Source: Balanoglossus misakiensis (Eukaryota > Animalia > Hemichordata). Taken from it: a DNA stretch of 64,000 nt. The translations under genes and the position numbers were made by a program. The stretch is from positions 6,321,186-6,385,185 of the forward strand of contig CM082589.2 of assembly GCA_040954595.2 (NCBI GenBank), in the 5' to 3' direction. The notes below the pieces were generated by a model. The model searched no databases, was not told where the DNA came from, and saw nothing but the letters and a program-made list of their open reading frames with translations. Of the stretch, positions 27,515-42,765 are shown piece after piece (the stretch's first letter is position 1; the number at the start of each line of letters is the position of its first letter).

Positions 27515-30500
27515 AAAGTTGCATTACGACGTTTTTCTTGAAAATGTAATGCTCGCTAAAATAACATTAGAAAGGTCCTTGAGAAGCGTATACAGTATTC
27601 AATAATGCAGTATTGCTTGCTTAATAATCAGAAATTCGTCGAAATCGGCTCTCTACGGAAATTCAAATCTTAAGAGACATCCTTTTAAAATATAGGCACA
27701 CTTGATGTCATCCATCCATCCATCCCTTCAGAGATGATTCACTGTTCGTGTTTTGCGTTAAGATTTGTAAATAGCGTCCAACACAAACATTTTTTTTCCG
27801 CCAAAATGGTTGTGTATACATAAATGGTTCGTGATATGTCACAAATATATCCCTTTCCTGTGCGGCGGAAGACAAGGAGGAAATTGCTACTAAAACAGCA
27901 GAGTCTCACAATTAATCGCCTTACTGTTTAGTGTCACACAAAAACACACGGTATTTATTGTGACAACTATTAAAGCCCCTGTAACTATAACTTTTGGCCC
28001 ATTCTCGGTATTTTTCTCCTATCGGGTATCTCCGACACAGACCATGGTCTCCGCCATCTTGTCTGTTGTTAGGAGAACACACTTATTTGCGGCATTGACT
28101 GTGCGCAATTTTTTGTAACCAGAGTCTCTGGTTTGACACATGCGCATTAGACGATGACCGCCTTTTAAATTCATACCTAGTAGCGTTGCCAGAGAAAAAT
28201 GTGAGGTCGTTACTCAACTTGTGACCGATGATGTGACAACTGAACTCGTGCGGAATGATGGAAGAGAAGGGCACAGTTTTAAACGATAATTTTTGAGACA
28301 CTGAAAGGGACAGAATGGAAAATTGCCATCCCTTTTCCCTAATGACTACTTTTAGGCTCGGCATCCAGTCACCAAGGGGAAGGATTTCACAGTTTCCTTT
28401 TGTTTAGCGGTAATGTGATCGGTCTCAAGACGATAATTTGAGTGGACGCAGAGCGCCGCGCCTGTGTCGCACGTCCCCCGGAATCTACAGCTTCGTGCGA
28501 TACACTAATTGGTTTACTGAGGAAAGGTGACGATGTGGATGGCACATCGACATATATTCCGTGTAGGAACTGTCGTTTCTCATTTCCTTAAATAGGTTTT
28601 TGCTACCTAGGTAAGTGATAAAAATATCAAGTGGTCGGAAACATTTCAAGATGGCGGATTTCTGCCATGTATAATAAATTTGAATTTGGAAGGTAAATTG
28701 GTGTTTGGTTACACTGACATATTCATCAGAAAAAATGACACAATGTGAAAAGGTTGAACGAGTTCTACAAAGACAACTTTTACTAGCAGTCTGTCTCGGT
28801 TCATATGTAAACGCTGTCTTTCTTTTGCCTTCGGGTGGTTTCGCATTGCCTTGCCTTTTCGAAACAAAGATTAACTGGGAAAAAACACAACCCTGGCCAC
28901 ATTCCTAGAATTTCCCTACAAAACATGAAATACACGCATGTCATATGTGCATCTCATTTCATGATCAAATTTGCTGCTGTAACGCGACACCCATGTAATT
29001 TAAATAAATAATTACCTCCACCTGGGCAAAATTTATGTCCCGCGATGTAGGCTTATAATTGCGGTAATTTCTGAGTTTGCACATTCTACACGTGTCGTAG
29101 TCACGAGGCCAAAATAAAGATATGTATAACAAATATTAGTTTTTGAACATAAGGCGTAATTGCACTGGTGTTTTGCGTATATAATAACACCACCTACAGT
29201 TTTGCAGTAGACGTCATAAATTAATTCATGCTTTTGAAAGATCAAGGCAATTAATGTCCAGACAAAACGACTGCTTTTCAATTCAGTGAAAATTTAAAAA
29301 AAAATCCTATATCTACCAAACATACATTTATTACCTTCGTGTACTCTTTCACAGTAGAAACATAACTTCTATTTCAGGCAAAATGTACATACGTGCTCCT
29401 GAATAGGTGTCACAATGTAAGACCTTAAAGTTCACGACCTTTTATAATGACATCTTGTCGCAGACAAGGGATTTAACCGCCCACGCTCTCAGATTCGTAG
29501 TTGGGCAAAATTAGATAATCCTTATTCGTAAATGGCTATATGGACAGGTTATCTAACGAAAGCTTCGCCACGTCACGATTTTGATATGCCTGAGTTTACG
29601 GTTGAGCAATTTCGATGTGGTGTTTTTTTCAATGCTCTTAAAATGCACGTTTTATAGTACAGTAATGCCTATGGAGACTTTTATTTCACTTTGTTGTCAT
29701 AGATACTGCATTGTATATTTTTCAAGGATATGTTCACGGATTATGCACAAAAGAAAAACTGTAATGGTTTCATATGATTTTTTATACCCATAGAAAAAGT
29801 GAGTGGTACGATTTTTTAAAAGGCAGTTTGCTTTTTATTTGAGCACAGCTCGCAAATGTCTTTTTCTGAAGAGTGTTTAACGAGGCTTTGTACGTTATTG
29901 CATCAACTGCCGTTTCAGTGTTGTTAGATTTGATTGATATGAAATACCTCTGGAGATATGATTTTTGCACATCTCATTTCATTTCATTTCACTGACTGTC
30001 TGTACCTTAACAACTGAGCGATAAACCCTGATAATTTTCTAACACGTCTCGCGTTTTGTATATACTCAGAACATTGACTGTCGCCTATTATTACATTCTA
30101 ATTCTATTAGCGAAGGTTTTAACGTAAAATGTGACACTGTGCGTATACAGCAGACACTCATTTTACATGTTAGTGACGTCAGTTGTGTAAGGACACCTTT
30201 TACAAGCATAAAGTGCTTTCCATATGATCCTATCGAGATGGTTAGATATCTTTCTTATTGTTACGTAGGAGAAGTTTGCTGTTGTTTTGTGACCAGGTGT
30301 GTTTTTTCGCTTACTTTCGTAATTTGAATATTTGCATGACCAGGTGTGGTGCATTCATTATTTTCACCATTGTGTTGCGGCGTAGCTGCTAATTTGGACT
30401 TGCCCGTGTGAGCTGTTCTGTTCCTCGCCGGCTTGGAAGCTGTGCTGTATTTCATGCTGCCCTGGTCTGGAAACCGCGCCCAGAAGCCGAGTAATGTTGT

Positions 30501-33500
30501 TTCATGCTGCCCTGGTCTGGAAACCGCGCCAAGAAGCCGTGCTACCTCATGGGGAATTCGTCCGAAAGCCGTGCCGTCTACCGGGGAATTGTGCCAGAAC
30601 GCTACTCGGACTGAACGTCACTGTTGGGACTGCCGTGGTGCTGGTCGCGTTCGTCGTGCGCTACGGAGCCTTGGACTAGTCACATTTAAGGTAGTCATTT
30701 ATTTTTGTGTGTTTTTTCCCAGTGTACAATCATTTTATATTTACCAATGTTTAGTTGTAATAATGAAAAGTTTCCATAAGCAAGGAAATAACGTGTGGTG
30801 TGCCTATTGTTGACCGTCTTTTGTTGCGTGCTGCGCTGGTTGGTTCACCAAAGCGAGCCATTCAGTAAGTCTATTTGCTCGCTGCCCTGTTTCGGAACTG
30901 AACGGCCAGCGTGCCGTAACACTTATGAAGTCGTTATAAGCACTGAAGCGTTCATAGTTCGTATTGGGTATGAATGTGATGAGAACTACAGTCGTGAATA
31001 GATGAATACTTGCATATGTTGAATCCTACTGTCTGTATTGGTGTAGCAGACATGGAAGAAGGCACATAATTAGGGATACGCTTCATGCAGATGACCCTAC
31101 CATCACGTGACTGGGACCTAGCTGAAGCTTGATAATGTCGTAGGCCTAAGTCTGTGCACAGAGAAATTAATCTTCATTTTGAATGCGGATTTCGAAGTCT
31201 TCCAGGTGGCTTTGAAAGTGTCATAAACGACTGATGTTTCCCGCGTTAATAGCGTGTAAAGCTGGTTTGCTTTTCTGCTGTTTGTTAAATGCCAACTCCA
31301 ACGCATTTCCCATGGACCGTCAGCACAGAAATCCGTGTCTCGAATATGCCATTTTGTTTCGCTGCAAAACTGCGTGTCGTGACCCGTGGTAAATCATATC
31401 AAATCACTGTTGACAGACTACACGGTGGACTTTTCCCAAGCGGCTCTAGGTTCCTGTCGGAGGAATAACGACGAAGCGAGCGATATCAGTGCCAATCAGG
31501 CCGCCCTGATTGTCGAGTGAATGCCGTGCAAACTACGGGATGTTTGGAAAGCGTGGGCCGCTGTCTGATTGCCGTCATTTACCAATAGTTTGCATCATCT
31601 GATTGCGGCTAACCTTTTGAGCCATTTTGAACACAGCGTCTCCTGATCACCTCTCCCACAAACTACTACGACGGTGACGTAATATACAGATCAACATAAT
31701 ATGGTTGCTTCAAGGCATATACATTGTACGTGTCATTGTACATATTTACTCAAATTGCGAGAAAAGCCACGTATTTTTGAGAAAAGATATGAATTTTCTA
31801 CGAGTACTGCTTATAATCACTCTTATACGAATAAGTGGAGAATGCTTACATAATAAGTCGAAAGCGGAGACTGTACAGTTAATATGCAAAAATGTTCAGA
31901 CCACGAATATGACGAGGAAAACATTTCTAATTGCATGAGCAAGTGAAAATCTGAACGTTGAGTAAAAAAATAAATGAAATCCATTTCATCAGATATACAG
32001 AGGCGTACATAATGTTATATACATCAGGAGATTAATTAATTAACAAATTAATAAGAATTTATATTTCAGACAAGACGATATAACATGTTAAATGGACATG
32101 ATAAACATCTCTGATTTTGCTTATATCTTCATAAAGGTCATCATATGACGTTCGCGCTTCGATTAATCATCGAACTCACCGGCCGCATCAACGACAAATA
32201 TTATTAAATGATTATTCAGAATCTAAATAGGAATGAATGGTAATACTTGTGGTATTAAAACACATAAATTATACCCTGTTCTACTTAGGTGTTTTAAATA
32301 TGTCAATTGTTATCTATTGTGAAAGATTTTGACGCGTAAAATTGATTATTATATGAATGCGATATTCATAACAAATCGCATGTAATCTGTACGTCGTGTA
32401 GCATTTCAACAAGTACGGGTAATTCGTGTTCTGTCCATTAATCGCCGCAACAAATCAATGCACCTTTCACTCACGAAGAGCTTTAACACTCGCATCTATA
32501 AACTCAAGACAAAGTGTCTGATAAATTATGTAAAAATATGGTTTTCACCTTATTTACGATTACCCTTTTACTAATGGGTTCTGAGTGCCCCGCGAAATGT
32601 GTTATCCGGTTATTGTACCTCAGGAATATTGTTGTCAAATTTCCATGGTAATGTCAGTGCAAATTTACAAATCACGACTGTAACACTCGGTTGGAATAGT
32701 TATTGAAGCACCGGCATTATTACCATCATAAACGCTCGGGTACAGCAATTAATTGCCTTAATAAAGGGAAGTCATGAAAATGTCAACGTGTGACCATAAT
32801 TTCAGGGATATGTTCAGGTAAATAATCTGCTATAACACGGGGATATTCCCGTTGCTCATCGGCGCCGATTGAAACCGACAACCCCCCCCCCCCGGAGATA
32901 TTCACTCGTATGTATACCTAAATTTATTCGGAGTTGTGGAAAACATAATCCTAGACAAATACAACAACCTCAGTGAGATGTCCCTTCAGGTATATGAAAT
33001 TTGATAAAAGCGACTTCGACCCTGACCGTGACGATAGTGGTGACAAAAATCTAACAGCGTTTTGAATTTTCTCATCTTAGAATATATCAGCTAAGGCAAC
33101 CATTCGGAAGCAGACTAAGTTTTAAAGGCTATTAGACTGATGATAAAAAGGGATTCTGAAAAAAAAAAACTATAAAACGAAATCCTTGATTTTTTATGTA
33201 TTGCCAAGAGCAAAACGCCAGACCAATCTAAGGTAGCCGTTACATTAATCCAAGAAATATATAGCTTTTGACTGTTGCTATACATAAAGATAATGCGTTG
33301 TTAGGGGAAAATCAGAAAGTGCTCAATACATAAAAGTGTTTCGTATTTAAAGAGCTGATTTCAAACACACGATTACTATTGTAAACATTAATGATTGAAA
33401 CTAACCAATATGTTACTATATGGGGCCTCTTTACAAAACAGGTATTTACCTATGATTGATATTAAAATGTTAACAGTTCACCTCACTGATATACATGATC

Positions 33501-36317
33501 TATATGTTTTGAATGTTCCGTGACAAGAACCACACCTTTCAAATGATGCATCGTCGATATCTGATATTGGTTATACATTGAAGAAATGTGTGTTAGTAAC
33601 ATCTGGTACATTAGGTTAACAATGTACACATTTTTGGGCTTCTTGTTCTGATCAATATATTCTCTGTTTGGGAGCTGCTGTTATATGCCACATAACCTTT
33701 TATATTATCTATGCTTTTCATTTTCGAGGATATGTGCTCGTTCCGGGTCATTTCTCTTCTTTGGAACTTCGGGTAGGATTGCAAGTGGCAAGGGATTAAC
33801 AGAATTAAATGTATCTTGCGTGCGTTGGTCTGTCACCTTTTTCAATGGCTTTGTATCAGGTTACATGTACCCGGCAGGCTATTTGGTTACGAATGGCAAC
33901 GCATCAAACCCGACACGTTCTTCTTCAAATAAACTAGTATGTGCAGTACACGACGATGCGGAAACGAGTTTCTTCTGCTGCTATAGCATAGTACACACAC
34001 CGCGATAGGTTGAGGAGACATACATGTAACCGTGTACAGTTTTGTAAAGGAACAAAAAAAAACATGCAAATGTAGAACTGATAGAAGAAAGCATGCATTT
34101 GATTGGTTTACCCTGTGGCTACACTTCCCATACTGCCCAATGGCGTCTCACGACAGTAAAGATAATAGATCTTCGGAATTGTAAAATGACACCGGTGTGT
34201 TTCGTATTTCCCTTGGGTTCGACGCGGGCTCACCCGGAGATTACGTCAAAAATGACTGACACACAGTGCGCATGATTAGTTCCTATAGGCAAGCCACCAC
34301 GGTTGTCTTTCATGTAAACGACATCGCGTTCTTGTCTTGTACGGCTTTTCTTGCCTAGGTAGGCTCATGAACCAAGCCCCTTTAACTTGACATACATTCA
34401 CGGCAAAATTTTACCAAAAATGAACAATTTTTGTCTCTGAATGATTAGGTTTCAAGGTAAAGAAACTCGCAGCTGGCGAATACACTCCAGTATAGATTAT
34501 CTTGGCCTTGACTATCCGAGGAGTGTAGCGGTCTCATTTCGCGGTAACCATACACTCTAATCAGAGAGGCACCGCTTACCATCTGCGTCTGTGTGTCCAT
34601 GGGCATGTATGGAGGACATATCTGCTTTAATGCGAAATCAATCAAAAGAACATCTACGACAGTCGATGTCATCATTCACTTTAACAAATCTCCTGACATT
34701 ATCAAGTAATTTTCAATTTCTGAGTTCATCGCCGCGCCGCACAACTGGCGTTCATTGTACTATTGAACGGAGGTAATTGTTTTACTGTAAAAGCTCGGTA
34801 CTGCTACAGCAGATATGCGAAATAAAATGGATCAGGAAATAAGCAATCACTTAAACACCGAGCAACCAGGGAAGACACAACTAGTTTATCTGAACGTACG
34901 GTACGGTGAATTTTAAGAATTATTCCTATGAAACAGGACTTCGCGTGACAAAATCGTCTTGTGATTCTCCTCTAGGCAAAAACCATCGTTTGTGAATAAA
35001 TTTGCATATATTGACTGCTATATCAGGTAAAGGTTGATATGTTTTCATCATCACGAAATGTAATGCACCCCCTGCCGGATATTGTACAGTCTATCATAAA
35101 ATAGTGGCCGAACGATACAAGCATCGTGGGCTCCAAACCCTGAGGTAACATTCTCATCACGTCTGTCCGGCGAAAATCGCCGTTATTTGCAGATAATAAT
35201 TTTATATGACCGACTTGAGAAATGACTCTCAGCGGCGGCTCTTAAACAGTGATGCAAGCCAAGTTACGTGTGTTGGAAGTTTCATGTTTCATAACCGTCT
35301 CGTATTTACAGTAGATTGCAGCTACGGTTGCCGTTTTCTTACATTATAGCGAAAAAACAAACAAACAAAAAAATGTGCGGTGAAAAAGTGCCACAGTTTA
35401 AGGACAACACTAGCATTTTCATAAATTTGTATATCCATAAATGTTACTCTTGATAAACAGCTTTCGACAAAAATGTCACCAAAACGTTAAAGGCACACAA
35501 TCACCCGAAATTTGCATATTCCATATATGACAAAAAAGAGTCGTGCGTGTAAATAACATTCTGACTGATCGTTGCCAGTTTTAAACACCGTGAAGGACAG
35601 TGTCACTAATCACGCATCTTAATACAACAATAAAAACATGAACGACTGTTGGCAATGGCTTTAGGCCTATTTAGTGCGATTGAAGAAGACCAGGTATATG
35701 TCTGAAATTGAATTCGAATCTCAGGCAATTGTCATTACATGTACATTAGACTCATCACAGTAAACTGTGTATCGAGGAAAAGTTTTGTGTGTGTGTGTGT
35801 GGGTGATCCAAACAGAAGAAATTAAGAAAGATTGCTTCCGAAACGAAGAGCGTTCATTGAAGTATACCTTAATGAGTTCTAGGCTAGTCGTCACGACTTC
35901 TACACTAAGTGTATATTCGACCGAGATAAACGACTAAGTCGTGACCATAGTCTGAGTTTGTAGTCTTGAATGAACCCCATTTAACCTCAGAGCAGAAACT
36001 GAAATTGGACAGTGCATGTCGTGTGTAATCAAGGAAACGTTGCGAATTATTAGGGGTAATTCAAGATGGAGATAAGAATCAACAGAATGGATGTTGTACC
36101 AGACTTACAAAAAAGATAGTGTCGTCTTACGGACAACAATCAATTTATGCCTCCAGCTAAGCTTTTATGTAAACCCTAATATGTAGTACACGTTTCCACT
36201 TATCTTGTCTTGCTCATACTAGTAAGAAATCGACGCCAGATATTTTGTACAGACCGACCATGTCAGCAACGTTCATTCGTTCGTTCCTCCATTCCATCCT
36301 TCCTTCCTTCATCCATC

Positions 36318-36442
36318 CATTCATTCATTCATTCATTCATTCATTCATTCATTCATTCATTCATTCATTCATTCATTCATTCATTCATTCATTCATTCAT
36401 TCATTCATTCATTCATTTATTCATTCGTTCATTCATTCATTT
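36318..36442. repeat. (TTCA)n microsatellite
   Basis: Directly visible. Confidence 0.95.
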
Positions 36443-36946
36443 CCTCAGCGATTCGGCAACAATAATTACCATCATCGAGCGCTGACTGGGTGATAAACGT
36501 TCTTTGATACAGAGCACGCGAAATGATATCCAATGGCGCGATGTGTAATGCATAGTAGTCAGGAACCACAACGTGGCAGACGACAGACATGTAATCAATA
36601 ATTCAATGATTCCAATGCGAATTTAACAACTTTTGTGGCCAGGTGAGATCAGAATCTCAAAGGACCTGGGGTTTAAGAATTTTCACTCTACGCAGGGCTA
36701 TGAAAGTCGGTCGCTGGAGGACATGTTCAAAGAATACTTTCTGATGTATATAACAGGCATAACTTATTCGTGGTCATTGGTACGTTGGGGATAAAAAGCT
36801 TGAGAGCAAAATCTACATGTAGTCTAGTGGGTTTGAAAGCTAACTAACATAATCTAGCAAACGATAATTATCATCCGTCGAATTGCATTCAAGTTTTTCA
36901 ATCACTACAAGAAACGGTGCGTCCATTTTAAATATCAATGTATATA

Positions 36947-37064
36947 CAACATTTTCATTCATATGTTTCGTGTTAGGTTTTATAGAAAAATAACTACAAA
37001 AACCAACATTTTCATTCATATGTTTTGTGTTAGGTTTTATAGAAAAATAACTACAAAAACCAAC
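36947..37064. repeat. Tandem duplication, about 58 bp unit, two copies
   Basis: caacattttcattcatatgttt.gtgttaggttttatagaaaaataactacaaaaacca occurs twice. Confidence 0.85.
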
Positions 37065-40000
37065 TTAGCGAGCAAATCCCCACATGGGATCACTTCACTT
37101 GAAATTACGAAGTCACGACACTGAGAAGATATTCATGTTTAATTGCAACCTGGCCTTTACCCAAGAGATTCGATTGTAAAGCAGAATGATTTAGAACGCG
37201 TCCCCAATAACCGTCATGCAGCAGTTGACATGACCTTCAAGCTGAAAGAAATCTGTTACTGCGAGGAACACGGCAGCTTTTAATGGATACGTGGATGCCG
37301 CTCGCCCCCGGGAGTGTTGTTTTTAATTGATAGATAGGTCACCGACTTATGAATTGACTGAAGCGGTGGGAGATGAAGCAATTGGAGCATTATCATTCTT
37401 GACACGTCCATATCATATCATATATTATGAGAATTGAACACTGATGTAAATCTTTTGATGCCAAGTGAATGTGCATATTTCCCACCGAGCCCCATCGTTT
37501 ATGCAACAGTGTATAGGGCAAGATTTGATCACGTGTATTGTCTATGGAGACAAGACAGTTTAATGATGCGATAAACACTCGGTGAAGTATTGAGCCGGTG
37601 CATTGTTCCCCCCACGACGCGTATATGTATACTTCTCTCGCGATTCTTGTCTAGCCACTGCAATGAGCAAAAAAAGACAATTATCTCGCAAACCAATCAT
37701 AGCCGTGGAACTAATCTTTCGGTTTGTGCTTTCCGTCGACTCGGGAATTGTTTGTGTGCTAGTAGCGTTATATCCAGTGTTGTGTCTGCCAGCACTATAA
37801 AGCAATGACGTGTAGCCTGCGAGGTCTGCGTGCATGGAAATCGAAGCACAAATTCGTCGTTTCGGATCTTGGAACTACAATTAACAGTACTGAGGATTTC
37901 AAAAATATGGTTCACAGCGACCGACACTGTCATACTTTTCATCACGATTTTAAAACAACACGATGTAGAATAAAATCCAGAATTTAATATAGTATATGCT
38001 GTTGTTGTAGCTGTTGTTTTCGTTATGGTGGTGGTTATGACAACAAATCATTGGGTTGGTAAGCGGTCTTAAAATTGACCCCACAGTTCAGCTTACAAAC
38101 AGCGATCGCAGTTTTTCTTCTTCGTCGCACAAGAAGTATTTGCGGGCATTCAATCGATACGACCCCAACTCATCACAAAATACATACGGCTATGATCGTA
38201 TCGACGTAAATGTATGTTTGAGAGCGCAGGCGATTCAGAAGTCATGTCGTTGGAAACAGTCGGTTAGCCATACTTTCACTGTGTATCATGTTTGTCTAGG
38301 ATTTCACGCGAGAAAATGAGATTATTGATCACACTGAAATCGGCATTGAAACTTTGGCACATTTTTTTGCCATTTCAAATCTAATTACAGATAACCAACA
38401 CGACTCTTATACTATTATTAGTGATAGTTGGGTCAGTCTCAGAATTAATCATTGTTGTGGATATTATCTCGAGAGAATGTGATAAGATAACATAAAACGA
38501 ATCGCGAGTGTGTCTGTTAATTCCACTATATTTTTGTTTGAAACTCCTTTCCCGGAGAAAAATGTTGAAACCACACGAGAACAGAATTCTTGTGATGAGC
38601 TGAACAGCGCGATCACTTTCTGATATATCAGCGCTCTGCTAGTTTTCCTTGCTGTACAAATGTCACCTCCGCGTGTACGCATATACACTGTGCCTGTATT
38701 TAAACAACCTGCTTACCAGACAAGCCGATGTAAAATCTGTACGGCGATGGCGACGCTCGCGCTGTTTCTATAAACCAAAGTCTCCTACCTTCCCTTCGAC
38801 GTTTCCGTTTTGTTATTATTACAGCGGCGTTGAGTTTCAGACCATCCACGGCGACGCTGTGATGGCCATCGTTCGCTCTCACTCGGGAGCGCCGGTGTAG
38901 ACGGTATGTCCTCGGTCGATAATCGCACCGAATGCGTGTGGGTGACCTGTGGCGATGATTACTATGCCCATCCTAGCATGACCCATGTGTGTAACCATGG
39001 CAACTGTGTCATATTATAATAGATGCGCAAGTAGTGAGCCACAGAAATCGTGGCGTACCATTGTGTTGAAATGTATATATTACTAGGGCTGGATGTGGCA
39101 AGTTTCTGTTTTGCTGTTATTATCAAGTATCTATATGAAAGTGTAAACTTTAAGTCCACATAGGACACATAAATAAATAAATAAATTTAAAATGAATAAA
39201 TAAAATAATATAACATATTCTCTCTATGATAAAACAAATCGATATTGTTTTACGTTGTTTACAACATATTATATATTTCAAACGACGATTTGTGCGAACA
39301 CCAGTTGTTTACAACATATTATATATTTCAAACGACGATTTGGGTGAACACCAGTCTATTTTCGAATGCTTTTAAATAATACTGGTAGCACAGGTTCCAA
39401 GTGATCGTTGTCGATTTAAACCTGACGTAATTCGGGTATTTTCGCGATGTTTTCTATTTCCCTTCTTCCGGCGGGAGTTGTCATTCGTGACATTTTACTT
39501 GCGGCAGTGGACTGCACAGTAGAATGTGTTCACATCTGATATGCATCTGTTCTTCCCCGATTTAGATTGAAATACGTGCCGGGTTCTGAGAATCAGAGAT
39601 ACAGAGACGCGCGCGTGACGCGCGATGTACGTCTTGGTGATGTCTGAAGACTCACAATCGGAAAGCACCATCTCATTTATAGCGAAAAGGATTCGGCATG
39701 AAATATTCACACCAAACGTTTCCCTTCTATAGCGAGACCCAACTGCCGAGTCATTTATTATCCACCGCTCAGGGACAAATTCTATCCTTGCGACAGTTCC
39801 GCTGTCGTGACAAACGTCTGATTCACACAAGTCGACAATAACACCTCACTTTACAATCAAGGACCATTTTATTTTAGTCTCCTAGGTGATATCGAAGTCT
39901 TCGTTTTCATTGCATTCGACACCTCTTCAAAGTCTGTCATTGACTGGAGAGAAAATCTCAAAGTAGTCTACGATTTTTAATTGGAATTGCTGAAATAAAA

Positions 40001-42144
40001 ACAAGACAAGTGTCGATTAATTTTCCTCGTTAAATCAACATTGGTGACTTAAATTTGGCTAATATCTGTGCCAACGTGTCTATACTGAATGTATGATGCA
40101 TTTACTCACTTCATCGTGGGCTCATCGTGCATTGATTTTATTTATGATATTGTCGACGTTTACACTTACTATATACGGATCACTTGACAGCAGTAGACAT
40201 GAGAAATGTATCGTGTTAATAAAAGAAAATTACGAATGCATATATGTCAAGTTTTTTCTGATTTTAACATACTTACTAGCTTATTTTATACTCAATTACA
40301 TTGCGTCCGCTACATTAGCTTTCCATGAATACTGCGATTGCACCATGACTCCTATGACGTCAGAGGATGCCATCTGGTCTACACTTGACTTGTTCTGATA
40401 TACTAATCCTATCAAAGATCGGCTTTCCCCAGTTATTGTGTGTACTTGAAGCTCTGTCTGAAGTAATTAAAGTGGCAAATTAGCAGCGATAACATAGAAC
40501 AAGTATACATGGATGGCTGCCCCAGCAAGTGATCTGAGTGTGTATAAGCCTGGTACCCGTACCGAGAACCCCATTATTTTGTCTGTCACGTGTTTGACTT
40601 TGCGACCTGTATTACAGATATGCGTCTTGACAGGTTTTGGCGGACATTTCCGGAGGTATCCATTGCGGTGACAGAGCCTGAAATTTCAGTGTAGGGGCCT
40701 TGTATTTTTTCTTCTTCATTACATATTATTGTTGAATCTACGCCAGTGAACACGAGGGTTCAATTTTCGGTGCTGTCGCTTCAGGCAGCGATACGTGTTG
40801 ACGGAGCATGTAATGTGCGCATAGACGTGCAGATCCCCTGACCCCTGACCCAGTCACGTCACGACAACGTCAATCGAGATTCCGGTATGCAAAACCACAC
40901 AGCCTGAAAAAGGCCACCCACCTAAACATGCGTGCGCTTACACACCTCACAAAACACAGCCATGTCATCACAACAGTTTGATTAGACCTTACATGTATGT
41001 CACAGCAACTCTGACGATTGTGTCATATTTGTTTATTAGTAAAAAAAAACCTCACTTCAACCTTACACTTGTGCAATGGTCCATCATGATGGTTTGATTC
41101 TGCGTTTTATAGCACCAATATTGTTGATTCTAGGCTGTTAATGAGTAATTTAAAATTAATCCAGCGTGTTTGATTTTAAAATACGAATGCCAGGCAGATG
41201 AACGACGTTTAGTTTACTTTATTTGGTTTTATTACAATAAAACAACTCACTGATTCCTAATTGTAAGTTATAACCTGTTTTAAATTGTCGTGTTCAAATA
41301 AGCCACACATGTGAATTACGAATGCGCCTTAAAATGTAAACCTATAAAAATTCAAATTACTTCTACAGCTAACAGCTCCAGGAATGCACAAATTTTAACC
41401 ACTGACTACAAAATTCTGCTCATCTTCGGCGCATGCGCAAAGTTCTCTTCAAAGATAAATCTTGAAATATATGTATTTGTTCTTGATTACCACGAATAAA
41501 TTTGTTGTCGTTTTTCTCTGTAAATATTTTAATATTGGCACCGAAGCTCATGATTAGCTATATTATACAGTAAAAAGAAAGGGGAAGGTTTAGTTATACA
41601 TAAAAAAAGAATCTTGTCGAAGATGCGAGTACAATATTTTGTCCACTGAAATTCTTCGTGCAAGTGCTAAAGAACAAAGTGACAAAATCTAAAATACTGT
41701 AAGCAAATATTTAATGAACATGGCAAAAAGGAAACCCCGAGTTCATACCAAAACTAAAACTCGTCGTTGGAACACTTTGCGACCCAACATAAATGTTTGA
41801 AAGAATTCAACCACTAATAAAAAGAATAAAAAATCGGGCACAGGCGGCGTTATTTTGTTTGTTCCACGAGATAAACATTGATAAGATCAATACAGATTAA
41901 AAATAAAAAGTAATAACTACACATCTGTGAAATAATTCAACGACTAAAAAACAGCCAAAGGCTAACCTGTAACACGTGACCAGTGGGATATGCCCCCCCC
42001 CCCATTTCACATTCCAGTCGCAAACTACTTGAAGAACATTGTTGTGGTTGGCTAGCGAAATGTACAAGAGCTAAGTGATAACTTTTTTAGTCCGTTGATG
42101 ATGGCTCGCACAGAAGCAAAGTGTACGGTCCTGCTCTCGGTTCT

Positions 42145-42765
42145 TTACACGTTGTCGCCGTAATACTTCGTCGAGGAGGACGACTCGCTGCAGAGAAGTT
42201 TGTAAGCCACCGGAATGATGACGATCAAGGATACGAAGAGGATGCCGAAGAATAGGATGATCACGATGGCATATCCGGGAATCGTGTCTGGAGAAAAAAA
42301 ATCATAAGTTCGTCGTATCAAAGCACTCATCACGTTGACGGATGACGAAAATTGGACCATAAACGAAATAAAATCTGTTATGTCTTGGGGGCGCTATTAT
42401 ACAAGTACTGCGATTTGTTTCAACCACCACCATGCTGTAGTCTTGAAAATGAACGTCCAAAAATTTGATGTTCAGTTTGACGCAACAGTCGTTGAAAAGC
42501 CGAGAAAAATGGCAGGGGTGCGAACGAATGCTTTGCTGCGGCCCTTAAGAATTTGGCACACAGCCCGCGTCCACTTCAAACACAATAGGAACGCCGTGAG
42601 TCTCAGATACATGTACAGGTCATGCGCTTTAGCCTTCGACCATACATCACCTAAAAGCCCGAGCAAGTGTACTAAATCATAGACGACATAATGTTACTTA
42701 CACGCTGCCACACACGGTAAATTGCAGAGAATGAAGAAAAGCACGAACGTGAGGAATTTCAACAT
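42145..42765 (-). CDS. Gene C: 68 aa membrane microprotein (signal peptide, TM, short tail); paralogue of gene D
   Basis: Exon 42765-42702 MLKFLTFVLFFILCNLPCVAA (donor gtaagt, phase 1) plus exon 42287-42145 YTIPGYAIVIILFFGILFVSLIVIIPVAYKLLCSESSSSTKYYGDNV* (acceptor tttctccag). Similarity to gene D in both exons supports coding status. Confidence 0.82.

Larger units (their letters stand above)
33704..38946 (-). pseudogene. Possible decayed single-pass membrane protein gene, or a spliced non-coding RNA
   Basis: Phase-compatible GT-AG exon candidates at 38946-38717, 37794-37694 (S/T-rich, NAT sequon), 34621-34580 and from 33980. There is no ATG and the last exon has stops or a frameshift. Confidence 0.25.

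Noticed and set aside
31789-31938. Signal-peptide-like MNFLRVLLIITLIRISG on the + strand
   Set aside because: No good donor or downstream exon was found; it is likely an AT-rich chance ORF.
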